Counted from the first letter of the stretch, positions 34,545-48,026 are shown. The stretch: 64,000 nt of DNA from Gekko japonicus (GCF_001447785.1 NW_015167527.1:1874778-1938777); one strand, 5' to 3'. Program-made: numbers and translations. The notes: a model not told the origin generated them from the letters alone.

Positions 34545-34813
34545 CTCATGACCCTCTGAGGAGCCACTGAGCATAGAGATGCAAGTCTTTGACTGCTAGA
34601 GCTGGGTGGTATGTAGTTATCTCTGCCTTGAAATATCACGGTACAAGCACAGGGTTGGAGGTTCAATTGGTTCAGTGGGATGCACAAGCTGGACATAAAG
34701 GTGTGATTGTGAATAGCCACATGAACTGAATGGAACACTAAGTACTAGTGTCCCCCATTACCAGATCAGGTTTTGTCCTTATATGTAAACCAACTTTATT
34801 TTTCTTTTCTCAG

Positions 34814-34991
34814 GTTGCCAAGTATATGATTTTGGAGACCTCAGTTTCACTCAAGTGCCCAATGATGAGATTTACAACAACATAATCAAATACCCACGTT
34901 CTGTAGGGTCAGCAAACCAAGTTCTGGCTGATACTGTGCATGGGGCTTTGGTTGCTGGGCATAGCTGTGTAACCCTTGGAGGGGATCACAG
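34814..34991 (+). CDS. ARG2: ARG2 exon 3: CQVYDFGDLSF...CVTLGGDH(S)
   Basis: 178 bp; GGDHS Mn-ligand His motif; GT-AG. Confidence 0.97.
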
Positions 34992-35778
34992 GTAAGTTGG
35001 GAGGGATTCAGTGTGGGAGAAGGTATCTGGATTAAAAGACTTAAACAAATATCTTGTGTATAGAACATTTTAACCAAGTGCTCTCCACACTGACAGGACT
35101 CATCATTCATATTGTCTGTCCAGAAATGACTAGCATGAAAAACTGTTAGTCATTGTTTTATGCCAAAATTAATCTGTTTTTTTTCTAGTACAAATAGATA
35201 CCAGTGTCAAAACATGTAGTCAAATGTTTTGCTACTAAAACTGATACATTTTCACAAAGTATATAATGTGCTACTTTTTTTTTTAAAGAAGTAAGAAGCA
35301 CTTTTTGGCCAATGAATTAATTTTGCCTTTCATTTATTCATGACCCCATAGCATAGATTTTAGCTGATATTAGTTCTGTTTGTATTGTTCTGGTGCAGCT
35401 TTTTAGAGCTAGGAAGGTTCATATGACAAACCTGTAACATAATTGGGTTTAGAAAAGCTGGATGTGAAACAACGTGGTTGTGGGAATTCTCAAGAAAGTA
35501 ACAGAGCTCAGGAGATTGTATTACCATACATCTCTCTCCCCTTTCTATATAAACCCAGAATACTTAGGATGCTAAAAAAACCAAACACCTCACCCTCATT
35601 CACCCTAAATTCCTCGGTAAAAATCTGTGATGGTGGTGATGCCTGTAGCATGGCATCAAGAGCCAAACTACTTAATTATCCTTCAGTCGACCTCCCAGTA
35701 AGTTTGTAAAAGTCCATGTCCACTAAGTTACTTGCCCAGCACACGGCTTACAAAACCTGCATTTGTTGTGTTTTTCAG

Positions 35779-35938
35779 TTTAGCGCTTGGTTCCATTAGC
35801 GGCCACGCAAGGCAATACCCTCACCTGGCTGTGATCTGGGTTGACGCGCATGCTGATATTAATACTCCACTCACAAGCATGTCTGGAAACCTCCATGGAC
35901 AACCAGTCTCATTTCTCTTAAGGGAACTTCAAGATAAG
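35779..35938 (+). CDS. ARG2: ARG2 exon 4: [12 protein letters not shown]...[13 protein letters not shown]...[18 protein letters not shown]
   Basis: 160 bp; DAHAD and NLHG catalytic motifs. Confidence 0.98.
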
Positions 35939-37473
35939 GTAAATGGGGATTGTGCTTGCCTGCTATGAAGTAGGACCTAAGTCAGTCTGGGTTCTTCATT
36001 CCAGTATTCGGTTTGGTTATGACTGTTGCCTAAGCAGGTGAAACAACTCTATCACATATGAGGAACAGCCTTTCTTGCAAAATTTACCTATTAGAGGGCC
36101 TTCTAGTACTAACAGAATGGCTTGGCTCCCGTGATTGCCTAGAATCACGTTTGTTTTAGTCATCCCAGAGCAATCTGGACACACCTGTGCTGAGAATGAT
36201 AGCACCAGTGCCGTGTCTCAAGACACATCCCCCGCAGATTCCCCCAAATGACAGTTCCGACAGATAATGAGGAACGATATGAAGTCTGTGGACAGCTACG
36301 TGGACCTTAACCAGCTCCTGTGCTATAAAGTGACTGATGTGAATTATAGCACATTTACAAAACAACTTCTCATTAAGTGCAAGAATTCCTTTAATCTGAT
36401 AGGTGCAGGTATCCTCAAGCTAGTTGGAAAGCAGCTATTCTAGCATGCAAGCAAAAGAACCTCCCTTTGTGGGAACTTGTAGGAATGTACAACAATCAGC
36501 CTAGCTGTTGTGCTGCTTCCTCTCCGTCACTGACTTACAACTGACACATTTTCTGTTTCATCAGTTGGGGGAGGGGCTTGCCAGGGGCTGTTATAGTTGC
36601 ATGCTACAACTTATGAAATGTTCAAATGTGACTCTGCTTTAGCCTGCTTGGCAGCTTCTGGCTGATGACAGCTAGTTGCTTTAAAATTGACATTAACAGT
36701 AATAACCACCTGAAAAGCCATGTATACCTGGCTGTTGCAGCTACATTAGAATGAGTGTGGGTGTTACAGTATATCTAACTCACCAGACAATATTGGCACT
36801 CCTAGTAATATGAATTGTGATTTGATTCCTGAAAGCAAAATTGAAACTGAGTGTTCATTACACAAGGCCCAGGGCTGAAGGTTTTGTACACAAACCAGAT
36901 CCACATGAGTATCTGTTCAGCATAATTTATACATAAGCTTTTCCTACTTAGTATCTTTATAGTTTGTTAACAGGCTTGCAAATTGTGTGGCTTTTCCTCT
37001 AATCTTAATTTCAGACCAGTGGTTTGGCCAGCTGTGATATATGATCTTTTCCAGAGAGCAGAATATCAGTTTGATACCTTCCCCCTCTTAGTGAGTAGGC
37101 TACCGATTGACTGTTATTCGCAGTAGCTAAAAGTTCACTGAAAGTTTTGGCTTGATTTAATCTGAACCTATTTTGGCAGGCAGTTTCCCTTGTCAGAAGC
37201 AGGATTATGTGTGAACATGTTTTCCGTTTAATAAACAGTCCTTGCCTCTGTCTGTCCAAGAAGTTTATATAATGGCAGCATCATTCATTTTCCAAGTCCC
37301 TCCAGATCTTGCCCTCAAAGTAACACTAAGAGTGCTACACAGTATGCGGACACTAGCATTTTAGCGTATGTTTTCTATGTGTCATACAAAGTGTGGTGGC
37401 TTACCTTTACTATATAGAAGAGAATGTTTACGAAATGGACTGTCTGAAGGAGCTATTGACGAGGTGCTCAAGG

Positions 37474-37759
37474 TAGAAGTAGAAGAAGAGATTGGATTTA
37501 TACCCCACTCTTCACTACCCAAGGGAGTCTCAGAGCGGCTTACAAACTCCTTCCCCTTCCCCTCCCCACAACAGACACCCGGTGAGGTAGGTGGGGCTGA
37601 GAGAGCTCTGACAGAAACTGCTCTTTTTCAAGGACAGCTGTGCCAGAACTATGGCTTGCCCAAGGTCATCCAGCAGGTACAAGAGGAGGAGTGGGGAATC
37701 AAACCCAGTTCTCCCAGATTAGAGTCCGCGCACTTAACCACTACACCAAACTGGCTCTC
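37474..37759 (-). mobile_element. Squam3-like SINE
   Basis: Near-identical to the 30384 and 56602 copies. Confidence 0.88.
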
Positions 37760-37963
37760 TTATCTGCTTACTCACTTATCTGCAACTACCAAGTAGTTTC
37801 TACTTTTGAGGCCTCTTTGTTCTGGGTCTTAAAATTACTCTTGAGGGAATAGGAAGGTAGTTACATGGCCATACACCTAATATTTCTTTATTCATATTAC
37901 ATGCAAGCCGTAAAACATTTTTTTCATGCAGCTCTTTCAGGGCCCTGTTCTTTTTGTTCATAG

Positions 37964-38058
37964 GTGCCACTACTTCCTGGATTTTCCTGGCTGAAGCCCT
38001 GCCTTTCACGATCAGATATTGTTTATATTGGCCTGAGAGATGTGGATCCTGCAGAACA
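37964..38058 (+). CDS. ARG2: ARG2 exon 5: [31 protein letters not shown](H)
   Basis: 95 bp; GLRDVD motif. Confidence 0.97.
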
Positions 38059-38219
38059 GTAAGTAAAAGCTAGCTGGGTTTGGAGAACTCTTAATTATGG
38101 TTTCTTTCAAAAGCACTTGGCTTGGGTTACTGCTGCATTCACAGGCTATGGGCTTTTGTAAAGCTGTACTGTAAAGAACAGTATACAATAATATCATTAA
38201 ATGGTTTTCTTTAAAACAG

Positions 38220-38324
38220 CTATATTTTGAAGAACTACGACATCCAGTATTTTTCAATGCGTGACATTGATCGTTTTGGGATCCAGAAAGTGATGGAAAG
38301 AACGTTTGAACACCTTTTGAGCAG
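38220..38324 (+). CDS. ARG2: ARG2 exon 6: [34 protein letters not shown](R)
   Basis: 105 bp; GT-AG; phase consistent. Confidence 0.97.
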
Positions 38325-38492
38325 GTAATACATTTTAGAGATGAATGGTAAGAAAGCTCTGATAAGGAATTTTGTTTTCACTTGGTAATATTATTTACTT
38401 GTCATATCCTACTACAGTCCTTTGTTCCCAAGAACAGGCTGCTTATGCCATGAGCCAGCCAGACAGAATAAAGTTTGATTCTCTTCCTGCAG

Positions 38493-38629
38493 ACAGCAAA
38501 GGCCAATCCATCTCAGTGTCGACATTGATGCGTTTGACCCAGCCTTGGCTCCAGCAACAGGGACTCCTGTCAAGGGGGGTCTAACATATCGTGAAGGCAT
38601 GTATATTTCAGAGGAAGTACATAATACAG
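38493..38629 (+). CDS. ARG2: ARG2 exon 7: [35 protein letters not shown]...
   Basis: 137 bp; DxD Mn ligands and ATGTP motif. Confidence 0.98.
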
Positions 38630-41068
38630 GTAAGAACAAGCCAAGCAAATTTTACTTTTAGTTTCAGGTGGCATGAAACAAAAAATAAAAGGTATGTTTG
38701 CGTGGCAGTCACCTTGCAAAACCAGTCAGATGAGTTTAAGTCAGTATGTTTGGATGCACTTCAGACAGAAACTTGTTCCCCCCCAAAAAACAACAACAAC
38801 AAGGCAATTAAAAAAATAATAAGTTGGACTAGACACAGTGACAGAGGTTTTGTTTGGAAGGGAATGATATTTTAAGTTCTCAGACACGGCAGAAACCATG
38901 GATCCTAAAAGTTGCCCAAATTCTTACAACTAAAGGTCTATCATAAGCTTTTTAAAATTGAACTATTAGCTGTACATTATTAAATCATAGCAAGTGTTTT
39001 ACTATTTACACTTTTGCAAATAACTTTTTGCAACTGGTAATTTTTGGAAGTTTTTCTAGAAACAAAAGATAAACAGCTAAAGACTCTCACCTTCCTCCTT
39101 GACTGTTTGATATATATCAAAGTGCAGTTGGTGGGGCTAGCAGAATACATAAGATATGTAGTAACTACCTACCTTTGTCTACTTGCTTTTACCTAGTATT
39201 GTATGCCAGTTGAAAAAGTTTTGAAGCAAGACTGACTGCAAGTAGTTGTTTATGATGCAATACAAAGTTAGGTTTAATTGTTGCTACATGTGTTCCCTTT
39301 CACATATATTGACACAGGTAGGGTCTCTGACTTGGATATGGGACACTTGCCCAGAGTCAGAACTAGTTTGGAGCTTAAGTCAACAGAACAAATAATGCAA
39401 ATGGATAAAGTGTTGAGAAATGTACTTCATTAACTAATTGCGACTGGTGTTAAATAATCCGTGTCATCTTGATGTTTAAGCTTCCATTTCATAAAAGGGG
39501 CATTGCCATGTGCTCTTTTGGCATGATTGCCCAGTTCTGGAGGTCAGCCTTATTGCTCCCAAATTAACACAATGGAGCATCAAGCATGTGGAACTCTTGC
39601 ACTTTCTTAGGCCCTCTCGCAAAACTGGCTTAGACCTATGGCCTTTTCTGCCAGACATATACAGATTTGTACCTATTCACCATGCATGCGTTTCAACAGA
39701 GGCTGTACCTTATATGTACTGACTTTGTGTGTAACTGGTCTGGCTGGAGAATGATTTATGTAGGAGGGTTAAGAGGGTATTTGTGATGTTATGAAGCCAT
39801 AGGCAGTCCACTGTCACTGGAAGATCATGTTTATGTTACAGATAATGTTATGTTTGTTTTGAAAATAAAATAAAATTTAAAACTAGTTTGGAGGATTTAA
39901 GCTCAGCATTGGAGGTACAGGGACCTCTTCCCACTTCCACCGTCTGCCTAGCTTGGGAAACAGGAAATCCAAAAACAACATCTGTGACAAAAATAACGAA
40001 GAATCAATAAAGTTATGTTGCAAAATCATTAACTGTAATAATTCTGTAGAAAATTCTCTTCTATTATCGCCTACACTATCTGAGCGTGTAGCAATCAAAA
40101 TTCTTTCACAATAATTGCTTTATCTGAGTGTGTAGCAATCAAAATTCTTATCCGTTACGACTTATCAATGTTCCATGTTGACTCTCTAATGTCCCAGAGA
40201 AATAGGAAGTTATGCTGATTCTAGAAGAGCAGAATGGGCAGCCTCTGAGCCAGCAGAGGGGTGAGACTCCACAATTTTGGCTAGAAGAACAGCTGTAGTT
40301 ATAGGAGCCAGCACAAAAGAATATCAAAAAATAATTGTACACTCCAAAAATTCAGATTGAGTCCAGGATGAGAATCTGAGTTTCCTGACTTTGAGTTAGG
40401 AAGGTGGGCTTCCCAGAAAGGTAACAAAAAGTGATTGCATTTAGGCAGAGTGAACATAAGGGCTGGCAGGAAGGAGGTTTCACCCATGCTTGTGGTGGGT
40501 TGGTAAGAGACATTTGTGCAAGGTCAGTAAAAGCCAATCAATCCAAAGCCTTTTATTGGCATATAAATAAAAATACTATAATCTAAGAAAAGCAATCAAG
40601 CCCACCTGGCTGCTTGATTGTAATTTGATTTTGTACTAAGGAAGATTTGCCCTTACTAATGAGAGGACACTGATAGATCTAGGTGGCTGCCTGCTTGTGC
40701 AATCTCCCATGGCAATGGGTAGGCATGCAGATGTAGCATCAGTGAATCAGTTTCCCACTGAGTTTTAGCCACTCATTGCCATAGCCTGAGGAGAGCCTTG
40801 ACCTCACCTTCTCTGAAGTGTGGCATTGCTGGCTCTTAAAATGGCTGCCAAAGCCAAGATGGAGTCAGAGCAGAGACAGAACACATCTGTGAAGGGGACC
40901 CTGATAACATAACAGGGAGATTTTGAAAAAGCTGCCTGAATTTGTCAGTCATTAGATGACTAGAAAGTTGGATTTCACACGAACTTGTCTTATGTGTAGG
41001 ACTTGACACTCTGTCTTTTGGTGGGTGCTTTTAAATTTCTCTGTTCCTTCCTCTTGGCAATTCCTCAG

Positions 41069-41274
41069 GGCTACTTTCTGTTATGGACATCGTAGAAGTA
41101 AATCCATTGCTTGGAGCGTCACAGGAAGAAGTGAGTGCAACAGTTAATCTTGCAGTAGATGTGGTTGCTACATGTTTTGGACAGACACGAGAAGGCGCAC
41201 ACATAGTTTTTGAAGAACTCCCATCACCCAGTTCTCCAGATGAATCTGACAGTGAAGAGCAAGTGCGGATTTAG
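41069..41274 (+). CDS. ARG2: ARG2 exon 8: LLSVMDIVEVNPLL...SSPDESDSEEQVRI*
   Basis: Acceptor ttcctcag|; DxVEVNP motif; stop TAG at 41272-41274. Total CDS 1074 bp. Confidence 0.97.
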
Positions 41275-41723
41275 GACAGCGATGTGTAGGCATGTGCTTC
41301 ATACTGGGCATTATACAGCTCTACTGAGCTACACAAATGGGACAGGTCTCCCACTGACAGTACTGCATTCTGGTTTTGTACAGAACAGTTAATTTTTTTT
41401 CATTGTACTACTAAACTGCTGTATTAAGACTTAGACAACCACACTGTCATCTTAGAAATATTTATTACTTTATGTTGCAATTATACAGTCTTACCAACAC
41501 TTTATTGCACCCTGTCTTTCTTCCTAGCCATGCTTCCTTCCAATAGTAATGCACTATTGTCTGATAAACATGTTGCCTAGACTCTGACGGCACATGTATA
41601 GTCTTTCAGCTGTAATGCATAATCCACCCTTTTCAGCCTGTGCTAAAGAGTTCCTTCTTGGCAATGTCTGTATCTAGTCCTTGAGGTGATGAAGGCATCA
41701 AGGCAGAAAGCTGTCTGGAAAGT

Positions 41724-41814
41724 TCAGCTGAAGAACTTGTAGTAAACAATGCCCGCCAGGATGGCTAGTTCCAGAATGATAATGATGGAGAGCAGCAGTT
41801 TGTTTGTCATAAGT
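41724..41814 (-). CDS. VTI1B: VTI1B exon 6 (C-terminal TM anchor): LMTNKLLLSIIIILELAILAGIVYYKFFS*
   Basis: Acceptor tctccttttag|, TGA at 41726-41724. Confidence 0.96.
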
Positions 41815-44800
41815 CTAAAAGGAGAAATGAGACATTAAGGTGTCTATCTGTAAAAATAAATCCATTCAACATTTACTGGGATGGAGGCAGTCTCACTAAG
41901 CTGAGATGACAGAGTCAAATCCCACATGCTTCAAATAAAGTATTGTTATGTGTTAACTTTAATTTTTTAAAAAGTAACCAGAGAATCTGCACAACAGAAA
42001 AGGAAAGTCAATTAAGCTGACCAAAGAAACAAAGGGAAGAAGCTACTGAAATTTACAAAATTTGTCACAGTATTCTTTGCAAAAAACTAGGAACTAGTAA
42101 AAATGTGAGAAACTGATCTGCAAGGAACTCAAAGAAAAAGTAGAATAAAAAAGGCTAATATAAAACTTTCAGAATATTGTATAAGAATATAAACATACTG
42201 GCTCAGTTTAGATGCTGTGTTAAATTATGCTTAGTGTAATTTGGACCACTAACTATCGTTATTTAAACCAAGGTCTGAAATGATGGTTTAAAATTGGTTT
42301 ACTAATGACAGCTAGCCCTAAACACTGGTTTTGTATATCATCCCAACAAGGGCATCCTGGTTTGTTCACCAGTCTCCAGGCTGGGAACCACTGCACTAGC
42401 AGTCTCCCTTACAGATGCAACAGGCATGATTTGAATTACTGTGAAACCAAAGTTTGACCTGCAGACAAACCATAGTCAGAAGAAACCATGGATTTTTAGC
42501 TGAGTTTTCTCCTCTGGCCATTTTGTAGATTTTATGCAGGTTGTTTGGCCTTATGTTTTTGCTGCTCTTGGGTTGTTCTGTTTTTCTTTATGCTGGTTTT
42601 AGACTCCGTTTGTTTTGTAGATAGGTTATTTTTGTTGTTTAAATCTGCTATAAGCTGCCTTGAACAGCCCTCTGGAGAGACAGTCCAGAAATAACTTAAA
42701 TAAAGGGTTTTCACGTTATGTCTGAGTCAATGTGCATTATTTACTCATATTCATAAAGGGGATTCAAGTTCATGAAAGTGTGTTAATCTAATGTGTCACT
42801 AACCTCTGTTTAGTTACAGACAAACTACCTCTTTGGAATTTAAGATCTAATTAATCACTGGTTCTGAAAAAACAAATTTTATTTTACTTATTTTTCACAG
42901 GGGTAACCCATCCCTTTGGTATTTTCCTATATAAAATAGAAGTCGTTTTTTCAGAACATTGCCTTTTGTTTGCTTAGCATGTGCTTTCACTTACGAAGAA
43001 ACTTTACCCACTATATTTTTATTTATTTATTTATTGAATTTATACCCCAGCCTCTTAACACCTTAATTTGTAATCATTGCTCTCAAACTCTTTTTGTGGG
43101 CAATCCTCCATAAAAGCCAACATATTCTCTCAACACTACATCCTTCCCCAATTTTATAAAAGTTTTAATTCTAGCTGTAATATTTCATTGGTAAATTAAT
43201 GAACTAAAATGTTAGTTATGAATCAGTGGGAGTCAACTTTAAATTGGTTATGCTGCATGCTTAAAGGCACACTTTGTTATTATTTCAGGGGATTATGGGT
43301 TGGATCCAGCAGAGGACTGCTGCTGGTGGGGGCCAATTTTCATGCTGTTCCCAGCAGGATCCCCTGTAACCCTTGAACCAACATTTCAGGGGGCATTTTG
43401 GGCTGTAACAGAACCTTACTTCAATATCATGAGCTGTTAACATTTATTAATGTATCTGAAAATGTATACCTTGCTTAGTAATGCCTATTTAATTGATTAA
43501 GCACTTAAAATGCTCTTGCTGCAAACTAATTTTAAATGGTTGTATTAATTTCAATTGGTGTGAGAAAACAAGCCAATTTGAAAGCATTTTGGTTAAATTA
43601 AACAGGAAAAACTGGACAAATAAGCTACAAGAAAAAAATGCTCACAGATAAAATTAACATGATTGGTGGATACTTTTGAAGCTTTCATGTGTTATATAGC
43701 ATGTCCAAAACCAAATACATTAGCAAGCAAAATGTAGCTCAGTAAACAGCTCTGGGGCCTGGATCCAAACTATCATGAAAAGAAGGAGTTTGCAGAAGTG
43801 GCACCATCACGGACATCTCCCTGTAAAGTTGCTGTTGAAGTTTAGGGGATCCACATGGCAATATTACCTCCCCTGATATACCTGCATTAAACTTGCTCTC
43901 ACCAAAAACCTCAGAGGGACCCGGCAGCCAGAAAAGCAGCAACACCAGGGTCCCACACCTCACATTAAGTCTGTCACAGGCAGGCAACACAGAGCCAGAA
44001 AAGACCCCATTTTGAACCAGCCTGACAGGCTCAGGGGGAACCGAGCCAAACAGGAGCACATGACATACAATCAACAGAAATAGCCAGCCTAGCCATACTA
44101 ATCCCATCTTCCCTGACCCAGGCATCACCTTAGTAAAATGCCCTGTCTCCTTCAAAGTAATTTTGAGGGTCTAGCACTGTTCCCCATTCCACAATGAGCC
44201 ACTGACACATAGAAACGCAAATACTGGTGACTATCCCAACCTCGTAAGTGTAAAGCAAGCATCCTGCATATACCAACTTAATTGGGCTACTCATTACACC
44301 CTGGGCCAGCCCCCACCCCTGGCTTGCCCCCAAAATATTTAAACTGGCACTCTGCACCTCAACCTTTGTACAGCTCTTGAGGCGCCCATAAGCATGTACC
44401 CTCAAGACTGTCTGAGCCTTGGACATGAACCACTGGTTGGCCATGTCCTCCTCCTGCCACATGGATTCCAGACTCCAGGATCTGATGAATATTGCCCTAT
44501 CTAAAACCAACCCCCTTCTTTTCACTATCGAGATGAATATTGCCCTATCTAAAACCAACCTTCTTTTCACTATCAATCACCTTTCTGTTTCTTAGCTCTC
44601 TGTGCGTTGATCTGTTGTTATTTTTGCATGAGTGAGTAGTGTGAGCTGTGCATTTCTTTACAATCCCATTTGTTCAATCAAAAGGTCTCTTCCTTCCACT
44701 GATATCTCTCGCAATTTGACCCTTATATACACAGAGTATAAAGAACCCTTGTACACGTGTACTGCCCTGGACATCTGTAATCTGACCCAGGAAATCCATG

Positions 44801-45646
44801 TAACAAAATGGGGGCTGTACCAACTGTACTCTCTTGTTCCTGCACAAGATTTTTCTCCACTCATGGAGCTTATGCCACATTGCAAGAATGTGTATGCATT
44901 GTGTGTGGGAGGGGAGATTTTACTCAATACCCCCTTTTCTTACTCTAGATATCCATGCCATGTGGCATGTTGTTCGGGAAGGTCTCTCAAACCTCAGCTT
45001 GTGGCTTTCCTGGGAGCACAGGGAGCCGCTGTGGAAAGGGAAGTGCCCTTTCAGCAAACTTGTTTGTGGAAGTCTGAATCCAGTTCTCTGTCTCAACCTA
45101 ATTACCTCACAGGTTTATTGTAAGAATAAAACAACAGTAACACAGGCAAACCCAAATTCCTTGAGGGGGCTACACATTTGTTTAGTATCTAACCAGGCAT
45201 AAAGCCACTGCCAAAATCGCTATACTTTGATGGTTTCTGTTTGTTGGCATATGGGCTGACTTGTACTGTTATTTTTTCTTTAAAGCTATTGTTATGCCAA
45301 TAAAGGTTGTTGGAATTGGATATTCCATAACATTATTTAGTCCACATTAGATAAAATCAGCAGAATCTGCCTTGAATCACGAGGAAAGGCAGGATATAAA
45401 TTAATTAAAAATGCCAGAACTGGCATATAAACTGAAAATATTTATCTGAAATACTGATTATTTGAAGATATACGCATTAATAAGATTGTAATATGAACAA
45501 AGGTATACTGTTTCCTTGTCCAGTATAACAATTTGTTCTATACTCCTTCAATATTGCTTCCCATACCATAATTACTATGTAATTTCCTAGATGCTTTGTT
45601 ATTTAGAGATTCTGATCAAAGACCAAAAATAACTATTCTTACTAAC

Positions 45647-45708
45647 CTTCTGGACATGGAACGTAGTATCTTCTGGCTTTTGCTTAAGTTCTCATTTGTA
45701 TTTACTAG
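45647..45708 (-). CDS. VTI1B: VTI1B exon 5: LVNTNENLSKSQKILRSMSR(R)
   Basis: 62 bp; SNARE motif C-half; |gttagt donor. Confidence 0.96.
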
Positions 45709-46129
45709 CTAAAAAGAAAGACCTGCATGTTAGATTCAAAATGCTTGTCAAGGGAATAGAACATGACTCTGGGTTTTGAGATGCATGTTAACACACTAGT
45801 GAAAGCGTGACAAATTAAGCAAATAGGTCAACAGTGAGGCTGAAGCACAGGCAACTAGGAACAAGGCTGCACTTTACATTCTTAAGATGCAAACAACACG
45901 CTAGTCTTAAACAACCTGCACATTATAAAGGGAAAAACAGAACTCCCATGTAGAAGTATCAATTAGCATTTGGTCTTAATTTCTATACTGCTTCTGTGTT
46001 CATACAAGATAATATGTCTTAAGCGCAGTTAGACATCCTTAATCAGGTCTCTGTGTATCCGATGCTAAAATATTAACATTCTGTGCCCAAACAATTCAAA
46101 TCCTAAGACAAGCTCCATTCTGCAACCTG

Positions 46130-46494
46130 GGCCCCGGTCACACGGCAAAGTTGCTGCGGGAGAGGCATGGAAGGTGGGCGGATTATCCGGGCATGATCAC
46201 AACCCAACATCTGGGAAGTGGAGCGCACCCGTGGCTTACCGCCGACAATGCGCATTTTAAAACTAGTACCTCCAAGGTACTAGTAAACGTTTGCCACGGG
46301 CTGCCTCCAGACGCCCGTGGTGTGATCGCGCCGGCACACGGCATTCCCCTCCGGTCCCTCGTTTACCCGCTGGTGCCGAGGGAAGGACCCGTGGTGTGCC
46401 GCCAGCGCGTCTGATCATGTAATTGCAAATCAAACTGCGCCGGGGCAATTAGCCACGCCTCCCCCCGCAATATCCAGCCCGTGTGACCGGGGCC
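46130..46494 (-). mobile_element. Diverged Harbinger non-autonomous element (365 bp)
   Basis: TIR ggccccggtcacacgg / ccgtgtgaccggggcc; CTG TSD; internal ACTAGTACCT-CCA-AGGTACTAGT. Confidence 0.88.
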
Positions 46495-47852
46495 CTGTAT
46501 AAATTATGCAATTTTGCTCAATTTGCATAAATTAAATTGATTTGGCCAGCGACAAAGACACGAACATCACTGAAGCCTCCATCCCATCCACATTCACTGG
46601 CTTCTGTCCTTACACTTCCAAGCATATCTTCACCAGCCATAAGAGATTAGAATGTGTTTTCCCCCACAATGAGTTGTCTTCAATAACCACAAACTGCTTT
46701 TTTCCTCAGATCTGCAGCACATGCAGAGTCCCATTCCTCTACCAGCACAGGAACAGAACAGCCTGGCTTGTCAGCATTTTAAATCTAATAGGCTGGATCC
46801 TATCCTCTGGGAGCATAACAAGTTTGCAGAGGCAGGTCCTCCTCACTTTCTCCTTGCCCCATGATACCTAAAAACCTAATGATGAGGATTAGGAAACCCT
46901 CCAGGAAAAAACTACCATGCAGAATGAGTAGTGACTGCATTAAGGAGTGACCGCAGTAAGGAGGGGAATGGGATGCTCTCTCATGACTGTATTAGCAAAG
47001 GAAGGAGAGTGAATTCATTTTTCTTGTTCTTCAAAGGTCACATGGGACTTCTGTGAAAGGTTCATCACCCCAAACTCTATGCTCATGAATGGTAGGATCT
47101 GACCCACCTTTTTCTGGACTGAAAATCAGAATAGGTAGATGACCTTTAAAGTCTACAAAAAACAAAAACTATGAATCTAATGTGAAGAAAAATGATCACA
47201 ATCTTTTGAGGCACAAAAGGGACTAGAATGTAAACAAAAGTTGTGCAGAATAATTTAGCAGAATGAGGTGTATCACATGATGAATCTAGCACATACAATC
47301 CCTAGGTCCCAGAATGAGACACCTCTCAAGTGTGGGACAATACAAAATATTGACCAAGCTTCTAAGTTTCATCTCTTTTGTTTTATATTAGATCTAGAGA
47401 ATAAAGAAGGTTCCACAAAATGTTTGCGTGATAGTTGGCAGAAATTCAAACAATAAGGGGCTAAAGCTCAGTGGTATAGCTCATGGTCTGCAAGATCCCA
47501 AGCTCAGACTCTAGAAAGCTTCAGTTAAAAGAACGGCTGGTAGTCAGAGCACTGAGCTAAACTGGATAGATCAATGTTTTCAAATGTAACAGAGCAGTGC
47601 TGGGGAGGTATTCTCAAAGCAACAATACATTGCTAATATATAGAAAATCACCTTTTACTTTGGTTCCTTTATCTTGAAAGGAAACCGGAGTGTAAAAAGT
47701 TCAGGTCTATTTCAGTTTTTTCTGAAAATCTCCCCCTTCCGCTTCCTGCTTCTTAAAATGACATGTACTTACATGAACACAAGCATCAGACCAATTATTT
47801 CAAACACAAAGAGACCTGACAGCTGTGTTACAGTAGCATTGTTTGCACTCAC

Positions 47853-48026
47853 ACGGCTTTTGGTGCGTTCCAGTTGTTCCCGTTGTTCCCCAAGTTCTTC
47901 AATGATATCGGTACCAATTTGATCTGTCTCTGCAGCAATCTGATGTGAATGCTCTATGCTTTGACTGGCTCGATTCAAGCTTTCTGTTCCCTGAAGCAGC
48001 AGCACCCTCTGAGACTGTAATTGAGT
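47853..48026 (-). CDS. VTI1B: VTI1B exon 4: TQLQSQRVLLLQGTESLNRASQSIEHSH...ELGEQREQLERTKSR (Qb-SNARE)
   Basis: 174 bp; Qb-SNARE zero-layer Q (GEQRE). Confidence 0.97.

Noticed and set aside
40250-40263. CTCF-like motif CCAGCAGAGGGGTG in ARG2 intron 7
   Set aside because: Lacks the core GGC end; a single imperfect match is uninformative.
43739-45202. Several 120-160-aa ORFs in VTI1B intron 5
   Set aside because: No recognisable domains; region looks like LTR or repeat debris.
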